From Eledone cirrhosa (taxonomy: Eukaryota), in NCBI GenBank assembly GCA_964016885.1, contig OZ024741.1, positions 102,982,001-103,046,000 on the forward strand: 64,000 nucleotides of DNA. Direction: 5' to 3'. Positions 28,458 to 42,326 of this stretch are shown in pieces. Positions within the stretch are counted from its first letter, which is position 1. The number at the start of each line of letters is the position of its first letter. A model generated the notes under the pieces. It ran no database searches, had not been told where the DNA came from, and saw only the letters and a program-made list of their open reading frames with translations. The position numbers and the translations under genes were made by a program.

Positions 28458-29433
28458 ACTTTAATACATGAATACACTTACATCTAACTATAGACATCAA
28501 ACATATACATATATTTACTTATTTATATACATTTTCACATATATATACATACATATGGTCGCTTTTAGACACATTCATTATAGCATATTCGCACCTATTC
28601 TCATCAGCATATCTTTCCATTATTAGTGTGTTAATTTAAGGTTATTAATATACATATATATGTTGAGAAGAGATTGTTTTTATATTTTTCTAACTAGATT
28701 GAGGTTTATATACTTGGGGGGATGTCCCTCTTTTATGTAATATTCAGCTTGTAGTGGGAAAAAAGGGTTTTAGTTCGGTGACGGCAGAATAATGTTCGTT
28801 CAATTCTGTTATTAAGCAATTTCTTCTTGTGTGTGATTATGTAATAAATCTCAAGATTACACAATTTGCAGAAATTTTGGCTCCTGGAAAAGCTTTGGGT
28901 TTTAGCTAATTTCTCCCATTTTAGGGTAAACTTTTGATCGCTATCCCTGAGCGTCCAAGCTTTTTCTGCTAAAGTTGTTACATTTCTTTGGCTCTGGTGT
29001 TTTATTGAGTAAGAATGCCTATGTAATCGAGATTTAAACGATGTTGCCGTTGAACCCAACGTACACAACTGTAACTGCACCTATCCTGACAACTGCCCCC
29101 TCGGCAATAACTGCCTGGAAAAACATATCATTTATAAGTGTACCATTAAATCCGGAGGCAACGAGTAGTATTACGTGGGATCAGCGGCAACATCGTTTAA
29201 ATCTCGATTATATAGGCATTCTTACTCAATAAAACACCAGATAAAATAACCTTAAATTAACACACTAATAATGGAAAGATATGCTGATGAGAATAGGTGC
29301 GAATATGCTATAATGAATGTGTCTAAAAGCGACCATATGTATGTATATATATGTGAAAATGTATATAAATAAGTAAATATATATATATGTTTGATGTGTA
29401 TAGTTAGATGTAAGTGTATTCATGTATTAAAGT

Positions 29434-29476
<43 letters not shown>

Positions 29477-30161
29477 GACTGGAGCATGTATGTATATATG
29501 TGTGTGTCTATACGTGTGTGTATAAAGATAGGTTGAGTATGAAAATGTATACACATGAATGCGTATGTATGTACATGTATATATGTATATATATGTATAT
29601 ATATATATATGTGCATGTGTATATGTATGTAAGTATGAGCATGTAAGTATGTGTATGTGAGTATATGTATTTTGTAGAGGTGTGCATATATGTTTGTGCG
29701 TGAATGCGTGGGCGAAAAGATACGTACACTTGAAAGAAAAATTTAAGTCTAAATGTTAATTAAGTGCAAACACAAAACCAACCATGCATATCTATACTAT
29801 CTCTAATCCTTCTATAGATTTAGAAAAATAACCAATAATATATTCTATAAAAATGTCAAAACAACAGATGGGAATCTAATTACTCACTGCCACCAAAAAT
29901 TCTCACTTCTATCAAAAAACCACTCCCTCAACTATTCTTCTAACAACTTCACCCCTCCCTCCTAATATTCTCTATAAAAACCAAACAAGTCCTCAGTAAA
30001 ATTATTCTGATGAAATGACAGTTGATAATAACATTGAAATATTGAATGTCTGCATAACTAATACTTTGTAGATAGCAGCTGTTTTCAGGTTATGTAACTG
30101 CTATTGAAACACGTGTCAATAAATTCCTTTTAACCAAACTGTATCCATTTAAATCCTTCTA
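27718..30161. mobile_element. PLE 3' end forming a 2.4-kb inverted repeat around GIY-YIG fragments
   Basis: Arms 27718..28646 and 29245..30161. GIY-YIG C-terminus on the minus strand (28733..29062). A plus-strand fragment CNCTYPDNCPLGNNCLEKHIIYKC..YYVGSAATSFKSRL lies at ~29060..29240. Confidence 0.9.
30002..30122 (+). ncRNA. Type-I hammerhead ribozyme with a long stem II (inverted copy at 27757..27877, -)
   Basis: TTATT-CTGATGA-AATGACAGTTG..(~90 nt)..TAACTGCTATT-GAAA-CACGTG-TC-AATAA. The stem III/loop CACGTG is palindromic. Confidence 0.8.
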
Positions 30162-30436
30162 TTTTTCTCCGGATTACTTTTGGAACTACAACTGGAACCG
30201 TCGAGCAAACTCTACGTGAGCTGTCCATCTACTGTGTGTAATATTTATATTACAACACTACGGAAAATACTGTATATATATATATATATAAATGAAAATT
30301 AGAGTTAATAACTCTTATTGAAACCCTGCAATCATTAAGCTCCAAGTATAAAATACTGAGCATTATAATAATAATATATATGTAGTAAGAAACACAGTAA
30401 ACCGTGTGTCTAATATTACAAGGGTTGAAAGACTAC

Positions 30437-30548
<112 letters not shown>

Positions 30549-31771
30549 CAATCGAGGTGTGGTAAGGAACCCGGTGGACCATAACGCACCAGAGTACTCA
30601 ATACTTAGAGTAGTAGAGTGGGTAATAGGGGAAATGTTTAACCCCGACGGCAGAGCTCAAGCCGTTTCGATGGCTATTTCTGGAGTCCAGAATTTTATTC
30701 TAAATTTTATTCTATATTTTATATTTTATATTTTATATTTTATTTGTAATACTACTGTGCATTATATTTACTGTCTGGCCCTTACTCACTCATCCACATG
30801 CATATCTGTTCACCAACCTTTTAATTATAAGTAATTATATATTATATTATGTTAATTATTTTATATAATATATTATATTATATTGTATTTTTTATTGTAA
30901 TATTGATCCTTATTACTTACCGTTAATTATATGTAACATTATGATATGTTAAACTTTATATATCATGTAAGATCTTTGTATTTTTTGTACCATCATAATT
31001 TTTGGGTATTGTACAATTTATTTTTCCTCACCTACTCTGTAACCCAATATGAATTGATTTGTTAACTTGAGTACCATTATATATTGTATATTATAAATGT
31101 TAGTATATTGTATATTATAAATGTTAGTATATTATTATTATAGTATTATTGAGACATCTATATTGTTTGTGTAAATTAACCGGAGATTATCTATTCTATT
31201 ATATTATATTATATAGTATATAATTGTATTGTTTATTATTTATTATATGTGCTACTTATAATTATATCATATTATTACCTCATGTATATTGGGTAGATGT
31301 ATTAGTATTATTATTATTGTTATTTTCATCCCTATCATGCATATTTTTATATTCAAACTCTTAATAGGGTTTAATTTGTGCAGTTGAAGATGGATATGTG
31401 TATTGTTGTATGTGTATGTGTGTGTACGTGTGCGTACATATATACATATGCATATTGTACCTTTTGATTTTTATTGTAATTTTAATATTGGTAAAGGTAT
31501 ATTATATTATATTACATTGTATTATATATAATTCCTGCTCTATATAACCACCTTTGTTTAGCTCTAGTTTTTTTGTTTTTTTTTTGCTTTGGACTATATT
31601 TGTAATATGGTTCTTAATGTTATATACATCCTTAGTAATTTTTATTATATATTTTTATTATTTTTATAATATATTTTTGCCCATAATCTTGCAATACTTT
31701 AGTGTATGTACACTCCATATTCTTCGGAGCTTCCGGCTTGTATCTGCCGATAATACTTCTTGTTGTTTTAA

Positions 31772-31815
31772 TTGCCCTGATGAGTCCTTAATAGGACGAA
31801 ACATTGTCGACTAAT
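31772..31815 (+). ncRNA. Minimal type-I hammerhead ribozyme, 5' pLTR copy
   Basis: GCC-CTGATGA-GTCCT taat AGGAC-GAAA-C att G-TC-GAC. Canonical core; stem I has a mismatch (GAC instead of GGC). Confidence 0.8.
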
Positions 31816-32036
31816 AAAGACTTTTGATGTATTGAAGGCTTATTTGTTTTACTTTCTTAATTTTTCGGCTCTGTTTAACTACATTGAGCTATACCTTTTA
31901 CTGTCATTTCTATAATACGAAGAGGGTGTTTAACTCCAACACGCTCCAGTATTTTAACCCTTGTCACTGCTCCCGATCGGTTGAGCTTCCTCATATATAC
32001 TGGTATTTTGGCCTTTATATATATATATCTGACAGT

Positions 32037-34724
32037 ATGCTAACAAAGAGTTACCTGCCTTTATCTCTGAAGAATATTCCCACCCCCTCTAAGAATACTT
32101 ACGAAAAACTATTGATAGCTAGTGTTAACTCCTTTGTAAAAAGGATTAGATGGCGTGCTTTCCACTATGATAATAATAAGAATAGGAAGGACCCCAGGAA
32201 TGGAACAAATTTTAATAACTACGGCTTCAAAACTTATAAGAGCCCACCACATAATATTCTATTAGATAGTTTTGAAAGTGACTTACTCTCTCTTGTCAAA
32301 AATATTAGGTATAGGCCAAATAATAGACATAGAAATTATAATAATTTTGATAAGTTCCAGTCTAGACTTAAAAATATTGTTACGGGTTTCGGTGAGAATA
32401 AGTCCATTCTTGTCCCGGCAGATAAGACTAAGAATCTATACTCCATGGATTATAGTGCTTACCGTGACTTTATTTATAAGGAGCTACATAGAAATTATAA
32501 AAAAAACTACGCTTGAGAATTTGAACCACATCAATAGTGAGGGTCTTAGAATTGTCTCTGACCTCGGCCTCGATAAGTATACCCAGCCATATTACCCTCG
32601 AGAACCGAGATTCACTCTTAAGGATCATAAGGTTGATTTTATTAGTAACCCCTCTGTTAGACTCATCTGTCCTTCTAAGTCTGATATAGCCATTATCAGT
32701 AAAAAATCCTTGACCTTATTATACCAGATGTTAGGGATAAGGTTAAATTTAACCTATGGGGGAACACTAAGGAAGTTATAGATTGGTTCTCTGGGATTAA
32801 TAGACTTGAATCTAATAAGTTTATCCAATTCGATATTGATGCCTACTACACATCAATTTCACCCATCCTCCTCAATAAAGCTTTAATGTTGGCCATGACA
32901 GTGTCCAGCCTTACACGATCACAGGTAGATATTATACTAGCAGCCCGTAAAACTATTATTAAATTTGAGGACACATTTTGGACCCGTAAAAACACGCCCA
33001 ATAATTTCGACGTTACAATGGGTTCGAGTGATTCGGCCCAGGTTACTGATCTTGTTGGGTTGTTCCTCCTTAATGAACTATATGCTACCTTCCCGCACCT
33101 TATAGGCGGACTATATCGCGACGATACATTGTTTGTAATCAACTCTAGCACCAACAATGTAGAGCATAATAAGAAGAAGCTTTATAAGTTTTTTAAAAGC
33201 TATAACTTTTCGATCACGATAGATAGAAATGATAGAGCGGTTAACTTTTTAAATGTGACTTTGGACTTGGTCACTAATAGTTTTAAACCCTTCCATAAAC
33301 CTAATGAAATACTTTCTTATGTTAGTCCCAATTCTAACCACCCCAAGTCTATGATAAGCTCTATAATTAAGGGTGTATCTAATAGGATTTCCACACTCTC
33401 TAAGGACGTAGGAACATTTAATGAACATGCGGAGTACTATAATAATGCCCTAGCAAATTCCGGTTACTCTAGTAAAATACATTATAATAATAGTAACCTT
33501 AGAAAGTCTCCGCTTACTTTTAATAATAATAACATAATATCACATAACATGGCCATGAATGGGAGTAGGAAACATAATAACCGTAAAAATTATATAGGTG
33601 TATCTGAACCCATCCATAAGTTAACCCACGGGACTCGTAATAGTGAATACAATACCTCTAGGAAACAAGTTGAACCCTCTGAGCGCTCACTCATTGGTGA
33701 TAATTTTGCTGGATCTTATTCTAATAATGTTGCTCCTACTGATCCTATCATTGGCCCTAATCCTTTTGATGGGATGCCGGACAGCTGCAGATCTACTGGA
33801 GGTAGAAACTGTAATAGACTTAATGAAATTTTGGCTGATTCTATGAATGCGGTTTTAACTAATCCTTGTAGTAACCCTAGTCTCGATGGTGGGATATTTG
33901 ATAATGGTAGAGTCGGTAAGAATAAAAATAGAAGGCGATTAAATACTTATTTTAACCCGCCATATAATCAGGAAGTATCAACTAATATCCCTAGGTCTTT
34001 CTTCTCTATCTTAGAGAAAAATTTCCCCCCTTCTCATAAATACCATAGTATTTTTAATAAAAATGTTATTAAACTTTCATTCTCTACCACCCCTAATATT
34101 AGTTCTCATTTAGCTAGCACTAACAATAGGAAAATTAGGGATGGATTCTCCTCTCTACATACTACTTGTCTGAACAGATCTGGAAATGCATTACCACCAG
34201 AACAGACCTTATCTAATAGCAATCCTACGTGTAATGCATCACCACTTGAGCCAACCAATAACACTCGGAAGTGCAATTGTAGAGTGAGTGCTAACTGCCC
34301 TTTAAACGGTAACTGCCTTTCTAAGAACATTGTCTATGCTTGCGTAGTTATAACTAATTCCTCTAATAGAACTTATATAGGCTCTACATCTAACACTTTT
34401 AAGACTAGGTTTAACTCTCATATCTCTAATTTCAAACATGTTAAGTTTAAGAATTCTACTTCTTTAGCACATTATATCTGGGATCTTAAGGGAGTTAATA
34501 TACCATATAGCCTTAACTGGCGTTTAGTAGCACGCTCTAACCACCTTTCTACACATACTAAGTTTTATAATCTCTGTATCCTCGAGACACACTCTATAAT
34601 TTTCTCTAGCGAATCCTTACTTAATAGAAAGTCTGAGATATTCTCTTCTTGCCCCCACGCTATTTCTAATTCATACTTTTATTATAAACCTAAACGTTCT
34701 AGTAGTACAAATTGTACCCATTAG
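32037..34724 (+). pseudogene. PLE ORF (~895 aa if two homopolymer frameshifts are corrected): RT and GIY-YIG endonuclease
   Basis: Motifs SLKNIPTPS, PADKT, FIQFDIDAYYTSI, FDVTMGSSD, GLYRDD, FLNVTLDL, a CNCx5CPLxxxC linker, and VYxCx9YIG...FKTRF. The frame breaks only at A-runs 32499..32506 (+1) and 32701..32706 (-1). Confidence 0.9.
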
Positions 34725-34929
34725 CTGATATATTCCATTACTTATTTTTTAGTTTAGGTTCTTTTGTTTACCACCATTATTATTATCATCATTATTATCA
34801 TTGGTTTTTGATGACTCTTTATTCTAGCTCTCATAATCTCTTGGCTACTGTACCATATCTATCTTCTTACTCATTAAATTTTCACTATTAACACCTTATG
34901 AATATATATAAGATTATATATTTTACGCT

Positions 34930-35110
34930 ATTTTATTTTTATTTTTATTTTTATTTTTATTTTTATTTTTATTTTTATTTTTATTTTTATTTTTATTTTT
35001 ATTTTTATTTTTATTTTTATTTTTATTTTTATTTTTATTTTTATTTTTATTTTTATTTTTATTTTTATTTTTATTTTTATTTTTATTTTTATTTTTATTT
35101 TTATTTTTAT
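34930..35110. repeat. (TTTTTA)n hexamer tandem array in the PLE 3'UTR
   Basis: About 30 perfect copies. Confidence 0.95.
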
Positions 35111-36700
35111 TCGGATTCTTCTTTGGATACCCCCCCCCCCATGCACACATAAACTTATTGTCAACCCCTCCAAATTGACTATGATTATATTTAACCCCCC
35201 CCCCCCTCCTTTATGCTCCTTTCTATTATTTAATATAGTATATCGACTATGATTTTATGCCCCTTTATTTCCTCCATATATTTCTTCATTTCTGTCCCTA
35301 TTACCCTACCTTAATTCTGCTTAAGTCAGTTTTTTAGATATCGTTATGTATATGATAGTAAAAAAATTCATTCCTTTTTGTAAACATTTGTAACGAAATA
35401 TTAACGTTTATAAACTTTAATTACTTAAACTATAGCTAATATTATACTGCCTTATTGGATATCTTAAATATTTTTAATATTAATTTATCAAATAGGGTTT
35501 TCGAATCATTTACAGGGGTTGTTTCCTTAGTTTTTACTTAACTGCATGTGAGACCTAAATGTATACGTTTGTTTTTGTTTTTTAATTTCCGGTTGATTCT
35601 ATTCATTTATTTTATTCTATATTTTATATTTTATATTTTATTTGTAATACTACTGTGCATTATATTTACTGTCTGGCCCTTACTCACTCATCCACATGCA
35701 TATCTGTTCACCAACCTTTTAATTATAAGTAATTATATATTATATTATGTTAATTATTTTATATAATATATTATATTATATTGTATTTTTTATTGTAATA
35801 TTGATCCTTATTACTTACCGTTAATTATATGTAACATTATGATATGTTAAACTTTATATATCATGTAAGATGTTTGTATTTTTTGTACCATCATAATTTT
35901 TGGGTATTGTACAATTTATTTTTCCTCACCTACTCTGTAACCCAATATGAATTGATTTGTTAACTTGAGTACCATTATATATTGTATATTATAAATGTTA
36001 GTATATTGTATATTATAAATGTTAGTATATTGTATATTATAAATGTTAGTATATTATTATTATAGTATTATTGTGACATCTATATTGTTTGTGTAAATTA
36101 ACCGGAGATTATCTATTCTATTCTATTATATTATATAGTATATAATTGTATTGTTTATTATTTATTATATGTGCTACTTATAATTATATCATATTATTAC
36201 CTCATGTATATTGGGTAGATGTATTAGTATTATTATTATTATTATTATTTTCATTCCTATCATGCATATTTTTATATTCAAACTCTTAATAGGGTTTAAT
36301 TTGTGCAGTTGAAGATGGATATGTGTATTGTTGTATGTGTATGTGTGTGTACGTGTGCGTACATATATACATATGCATATTGTACCTTTTGATTTTTATT
36401 GTAATTTTAATATTGGTAAAGGTATATTATATTATATTACATTGTATTATATATAATTCCTGCTCTATACAACCACCTTTGTTTAGCTCTAGTTTTTTTT
36501 TTTTTTTTTTTTTTGCTTTGGACTATATTTGTAATATGGTTCTTAATGTTATATACATCCTTAGTAATTTTTATTATATATTTTTATTATTTTTATAATA
36601 TATTTTTGCCCATAATCTTGCAATACTTTAGTGTATGTACACTCCATATTCTTCGGAGCTTCCGGCTTGTATCTGCCGATAATACTTCTTGTTGTTTTAA

Positions 36701-36744
36701 TTGCCCTGATGAGTCCTTAATAGGACGAAACATTGTCGGCTAAT
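36701..36744 (+). ncRNA. Minimal type-I hammerhead ribozyme, 3' pLTR copy
   Basis: GCC-CTGATGA-GTCCT taat AGGAC-GAAA-C att G-TC-GGC. Canonical core, GUC cleavage triplet, followed by AATAAA. Confidence 0.88.
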
Positions 36745-36792
36745 AAAGACTCTTGATGTATTGAAGGCTTATTTGTTTTACTTTCTTAATAC

Positions 36793-36823
<31 letters not shown>

Positions 36824-36836
36824 GGTGTGTGTGTGG

Positions 36837-36899
<63 letters not shown>

Positions 36900-36901
<2 letters not shown>

Positions 36902-37100
36902 ACGAAGGAAGTGTGGTAAGGAACCAGATGGACCATAACGCACCAGAGTACTCAATACTTAGAGTAGTATAGTAGGTAATAAGGAAAATGTTTAAGCCCG
37001 ACGGCAGAGCTCAAGCCGTTTCGACGGCTATTTCTGGAGTCCAGAAATAGCCGTCGAAACGGCTTGAGCTCTGCCGTCGGGGTTAAACATTTTCCTTATA
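36900..37100. mobile_element. Short dispersed fold-back repeat family (also 5290..5467, 10686..10762, 21032..21190, 21500..21705, 30546..30693; partial at ~7520..7610)
   Basis: Shared GGTAAGGAACCAGGTGGACCATAACGCACCAGAGTACTCAATAC..GAGTGGGTAATAGG arm ending in a hairpin. It contains GTC-GAAA-CGGC..GCCG-TC-GGGG, which resembles the 3' half of a hammerhead. Always next to (TA)n. Confidence 0.75.
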
Positions 37101-37566
37101 TATATATAAATGTGTGTGTGTGTGTGTATACGTGTGAATATATGTATATATGTATATATGAGTGTATATATATGTATGTATATACCAATATATATATATG
37201 TATGTGTGTGTGTGTATGTGTAAGTGTGTGTGTATATATATGTGTGTGTGAGTGTGTGTTTATATATATGCATATATGTGTGAGTGTATGTGTTTGTATA
37301 TATGTGTGTTTATGTGTATGGGTTTACCTACGGATGTGTGTATCAGTTAGTTTATGTATGTACGTACGTATGTATACTTTTGTTTACAATCATATCTGTT
37401 TATATTGATAAGAAAGGAGCCATATATTGTTTTATTGTGTATATAAATACCTAATGAGTATTCTATAGAAGAATGTGTATATATGTGTGTATATGTGTGT
37501 ATATGTATGTGTATATATATATATGTGTGTGTGTGTGTATGTGCGTGTGTGTGTATGTGTTTATAT

Positions 37567-37633
<67 letters not shown>

Positions 37634-37666
37634 TGTGTGTGTGTGTGTGTATACATATATATATAT

Positions 37667-40600
37667 TAGAAAGTTAGGTTTTTTACAAGATGAAAAAAAC
37701 GAGGTGTCCTACACGAGTGAAAGTATAAGGAAAAAAGATGAAATCAAAAATGCAACTGTAGTCTTTTTTTTTAAAATATATTTATTTGGTTCCTTTACCG
37801 GTTTCGCAGTTCTTGTGCTTTTCAAAAGTACAATTGAGATGGAGGGTTTGTGGTTTTTCTCACATCTGGTTGGTGTTTGAATGTTACTTCTGTTTTATAT
37901 GGAAAAAAGTAGCTCGAAATGCTAGGTTTTTGAGAAGTAATTTGGTTGGTTGGTGAATAAGTATAATAAATTTTACGCCAGTTCGCGTTACAAAGTTCTT
38001 ATTACATTTGCCTTCAAAAAAAGGGGGGCTCAGGTTGTTTTTTTCATATATGAGTGAAGTTTGGTTGGTTGATGCAGTCACTGAATAAGCACATCATGGA
38101 TAATGGGAGATTATCCATGAACTAAAAAACAATACTGACTTATAATTAAGAAAGCGGACAAGGGAAGTACTGTCGTCATTATGGATGCTGAACAATATAA
38201 AAATTCTATGTTCTCTCTCTTACAAGATACTAACTACTATGAAAGAGTAAAAAACTACCAGCAATCAAAAACGATGACCAGATTAAACACATTCATTTGT
38301 CGATACCAGGAAGACTTAACTAAATAGCAACGCGATTATTTAACACATTTTGAATACAAAACCAGCAACCTTTACGGACTTCCAAAGATCCGCAAGTGTA
38401 AAATAATTAACGATGCCTGTAAACAATCCACCTCAACCTGCGTGAACAAACAATACCCCACAGACCTTAAATTAAGACAAATTGTAGCGGGCCCACAATG
38501 TGAAAGACACAGACTAAGCAACTTTATAGACACACTACTAAAACCAATTCTCAAACACATACCAAGCCTTGTAAGAGACGATCTGGACCTCTTAAACCAC
38601 CTCCCCAAACATCTCAACAACGACACTATTATTGTGTCTTTCGATGTAGTGAAGCTCTACACAACGATCCCACACCAATACGGACTAGAAGCAATAGGAT
38701 TCTGGCTAGAGAAATATCCCAATGAGATACCTGACAGAATAGAAAAAAGCTTCATCGCCTAGGGATTAAAATTTATTTTACAGAACAACTTTTTTGATTT
38801 CGATGGCAGTACTTACAAGCAAATATCGGGGACTGCGATGGGTACAAAAGTCGCTCCAACTTATGCCAAATTAGTCATGGCATACTTGGTAGTCCAGATA
38901 TATGAACACCCCAAATCAAAATACGGATTGAACTTCCACAAATATTTATCAGAGAATTGGAAGCGCTACTTGGATGATTGTCTCATTCTTTGGTCTCACA
39001 CACTCGACCACTAAGTGATTTCAAAAATCGGCATCAATAACCACATCCAATTCACAATGGAATACAGCCAAGATCAACTCCCATTTCAGGACATCTTAAT
39101 CATAAAAAAAGACACAAATATTGAAACTGACATACACTACAAACAACAGATTCCAAACAATACCTGCTATTCACCTCCAACCATCCAAAGCACACGAAGA
39201 CGAGCATCCCTTTTAACCTAGCAAGAAGAATTTGCACAATTGTCTCCAATTATGAAACGGGAAATAAAAGACTTCAAGAATTAAAGGAAATTCTACTCGA
39301 AAGACAGTACCCACAATTACTAATAAATAATGGAATAGAAAGCGTTAAAGCAATAGGCATTGGTGAATTACGAAAACAGAAACAAATTCAAGGTACGTCC
39401 AATATGCTATTACATATCTCAACACACAACCCAAGAAATACGGAAGCTTACAACATTATTCACAAAAACATCCCACTATTGAAACAAGACCCAAGAATGA
39501 GAAAAGCCCTTGAAACACAAAATAATGAAAAGCAAAAGACAACCGACCGAAATCACTAAAAACATTACTCACCAATGCCAAATTACCTACCACAAACCCA
39601 CAACCAACTGTCAAAAAATGTGATCGCTCTAATTGTGGAACCTGCACTCACCTCATTGAAGGCAACTCGTATACATTTCAATCAGGTCAAAATTTTGCTG
39701 TAAAAATCACTTCACTTGCTCATCAAAAAATCTACTTTATGCCATTAAATGTAAAGGATACAATGAAGATTATATAGGAAAAACTAAACTCACACTCAAA
39801 AACAGAATGACAGTTCATCGCCAACAATTACGAAACCCTACCACGAGACAGATACCACTCAGTGCATCTCTAGACACATGCGCAAGTAATGACACCCAAA
39901 TTCCAAGTCTTCCCATTTTATCTTTGCGCTGACAGTACAACAGAACAAATACGAATATAAGGAAAATATGTTTATTCAAAAGTATAGACCAGCATTAAAT
40001 ATAGTTTAATATATATTATGTCAACACCATAACATGCTAACCATCCAAACAGACACATACATACACACACACATAACACCTATTTTAGAAAATAAAAACC
40101 AGAACTAAATAAACCTTAACATACGTTAATACTCTAACACCTTAACATGCTAATCCCCCCCCCACACACACACCTAACTCTCTCCCCCATTTGTACTAAC
40201 GGAATCATTTTCCTACAGACACACACACAAAAATAATATATATATATTCTCTCCATCCTAACATGCTAACCATACTCCCACACACACATACACACACACA
40301 CACACACACAACTCCGTCCCCCATTTCTACTAATAGAATCATCTTCCTACACACACACACACACACACACACCAACACATCAGCCATATTCACTGAACCA
40401 GAACAATTCTCCGCATCCCGTTTTTCTTGACCCTTATCTTTTGTTTGGCACAAAATTCTCTAAATGGCTACAAAAGAAATTCGCAAATACTGGCGCGAAA
40501 TTTAATGTACTTGTTCACGTGACAGTCTATATTTCATTTATAACCAATCAAATTACATTTCAGCATATCAGTCATACTCAGAACAACTCTCTCCATCCCT

Positions 40601-41165
40601 TTTTCTTGACCATTAACTTTTGTTTGGTACAAAATTCTCTAAATGGCTACAAAAAAATTCCAAAATACGGGCTCGCAATTTAATGTACTTGTTCACGTGA
40701 CAGTCATAATTTCATTTATAACCAATCAAATTACAATCATAAAAAAAAGCCTTCGTGACCCACTTATTTTTTTAAGTAAAAAGAAATTCAAACACAAACG
40801 GGCGCGAAAGCTGATGTGCTTATTCATGTGACTGCATCAACCAACCAAACTTCACTCATATATGAAAAAACAACCTGAGCCCTCTTTTTTTGGAAGGCAA
40901 ATATAATAAGAACTTTGTAACGCGAACTGGCGCGAAATTTATTATACTTATTCACCAACCAAATTACTTCTCTAGAAACCTAGCATTTCGAGCCTTTTTT
41001 CCATATAAAACAGAAGTAACATTCAAACACCAACCAGATGTGAGAAAACCACAAACCGTCCATCTCAATTGTACTTTTGAAAAGCACAAGAACTGCGAAA
41101 CCGGTAAAGGAACCAAATAAATATATATTTTTTTTAAAAGACTCCATTTGCATTTTCGATTTCAT

Positions 41166-41169
<4 letters not shown>
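37667..41169 (+). mobile_element. Degenerate PLE (Neptune-like) with an inverted pLTR at its 5' end
   Basis: Broken ORF at ~38097..40008 with KADKG, YGLPKI, SFDVVKLYTTIP, GTAMG, WKRYLDD, a CDRSNCGTC linker and LYAIKC..YIGKT. Inverted repeat 37734..38096 / 40812..41169. Confidence 0.9.
41074..41109 (+). ncRNA. Hammerhead-like motif, U3-A8 core variant (copies at 37793..37828 -, 50862..50897 -; degenerate at 4214..4250 +)
   Basis: CTT-TTGAAAA-GCA caagaac TGC-GAAA-CCGG-TA-AAG. The CCGG in stem III is palindromic and stem I is short. Confidence 0.65.
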
Positions 41170-41212
<43 letters not shown>

Positions 41213-41444
41213 GTGTATATGTACATATATATACATATACACATTATTTTATCTTTTATTTTGTTTGACCTGTTTAGCTTGACTTTTTTTTGGCTTAGGT
41301 GGTTAATGCCTTCTTGACCACTTTTTCAGTTTGTATGGCGTTTTAACATATATGTTAGCTCTGGTTTTTTAACTATTGCCAGCATAACTCTGATTTTGCG
41401 TTTCGTTACGCTTTTTCTACCCGCCGAAATGCGATTCTCGTTGA

Positions 41445-41539
<95 letters not shown>

Positions 41540-42243
41540 TATGTATACGTACATATATATATGTATACAGACGTACAGTAGTATGTATATATATATATAA
41601 TACATTCACACATATATATATGTACGTATGGATTTACCGAACATTTATTATAATGCTCGGTGTGTTTGTAAACAAACATCCCGAATTAAGCCGTTTTCTC
41701 ACTCTTAGTACGGCTGTTACTTAAATATAAGTATGTATACGTACATACATATATGTACACAGACGTACAGTAGTATGTATATATATATACATACATGCAC
41801 ACATATATATATGTACGTATGGATTCATCGAACATTTATTATAATATAAATAAACAAATAAATAAACAAATATAAACACACAGAGACACCCGGATGTAAC
41901 ACATGCGCAAACTAAGCACACAACACACACAAAAACAAGATGGCGTAGGACAGAACAAAGGAGAGGCACAAAAACAAAGAAACGAATCCCAGTCACTGAA
42001 GAGGTCACAGAATGTGTGACGAAAGAACTTTGACAATATATGAACAACCGTCCGGTTGTGGAACCAACCAACCAACCGGAAATTTATAAATTTATAAATT
42101 TATAAATTTAATTTATGATAAATTGGAGTGAAAACAACTGGTGCGTGTGTTTCTTATTGGCAACATGACCCCCAAAGCATAACAATATCGGTTTCAACAC
42201 ACGTTTTCAGATAAAGAATCTTGCTAAACAAATTCAGAAACGA

Positions 42244-42326
<83 letters not shown>

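Larger units (their letters stand above)
30704..36790 (+). mobile_element. Near full-length Penelope-like retroelement (RT + C-terminal GIY-YIG) with direct pseudo-LTRs
   Basis: Nearly identical direct repeats at 30704..31861 and 35609..36790 each end in a hammerhead motif plus AATAAA. They flank a long RT/GIY-YIG coding region. The 3' end runs into a (TA)/(TG) microsatellite. Confidence 0.93.

Noticed and set aside
32037-34724. Selenocysteine (in-frame UGA) recoding as reported for some Naiad PLEs
   Set aside because: The only TGA in frame (32514..32516) arises from the A-run frameshift. No UGA sits at a cysteine position.
30704-36790. LTR retrotransposon interpretation of the direct repeats
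   Set aside because: No TG..CA termini, PBS, gag or integrase. RT plus GIY-YIG and hammerheads identify PLE pseudo-LTRs.
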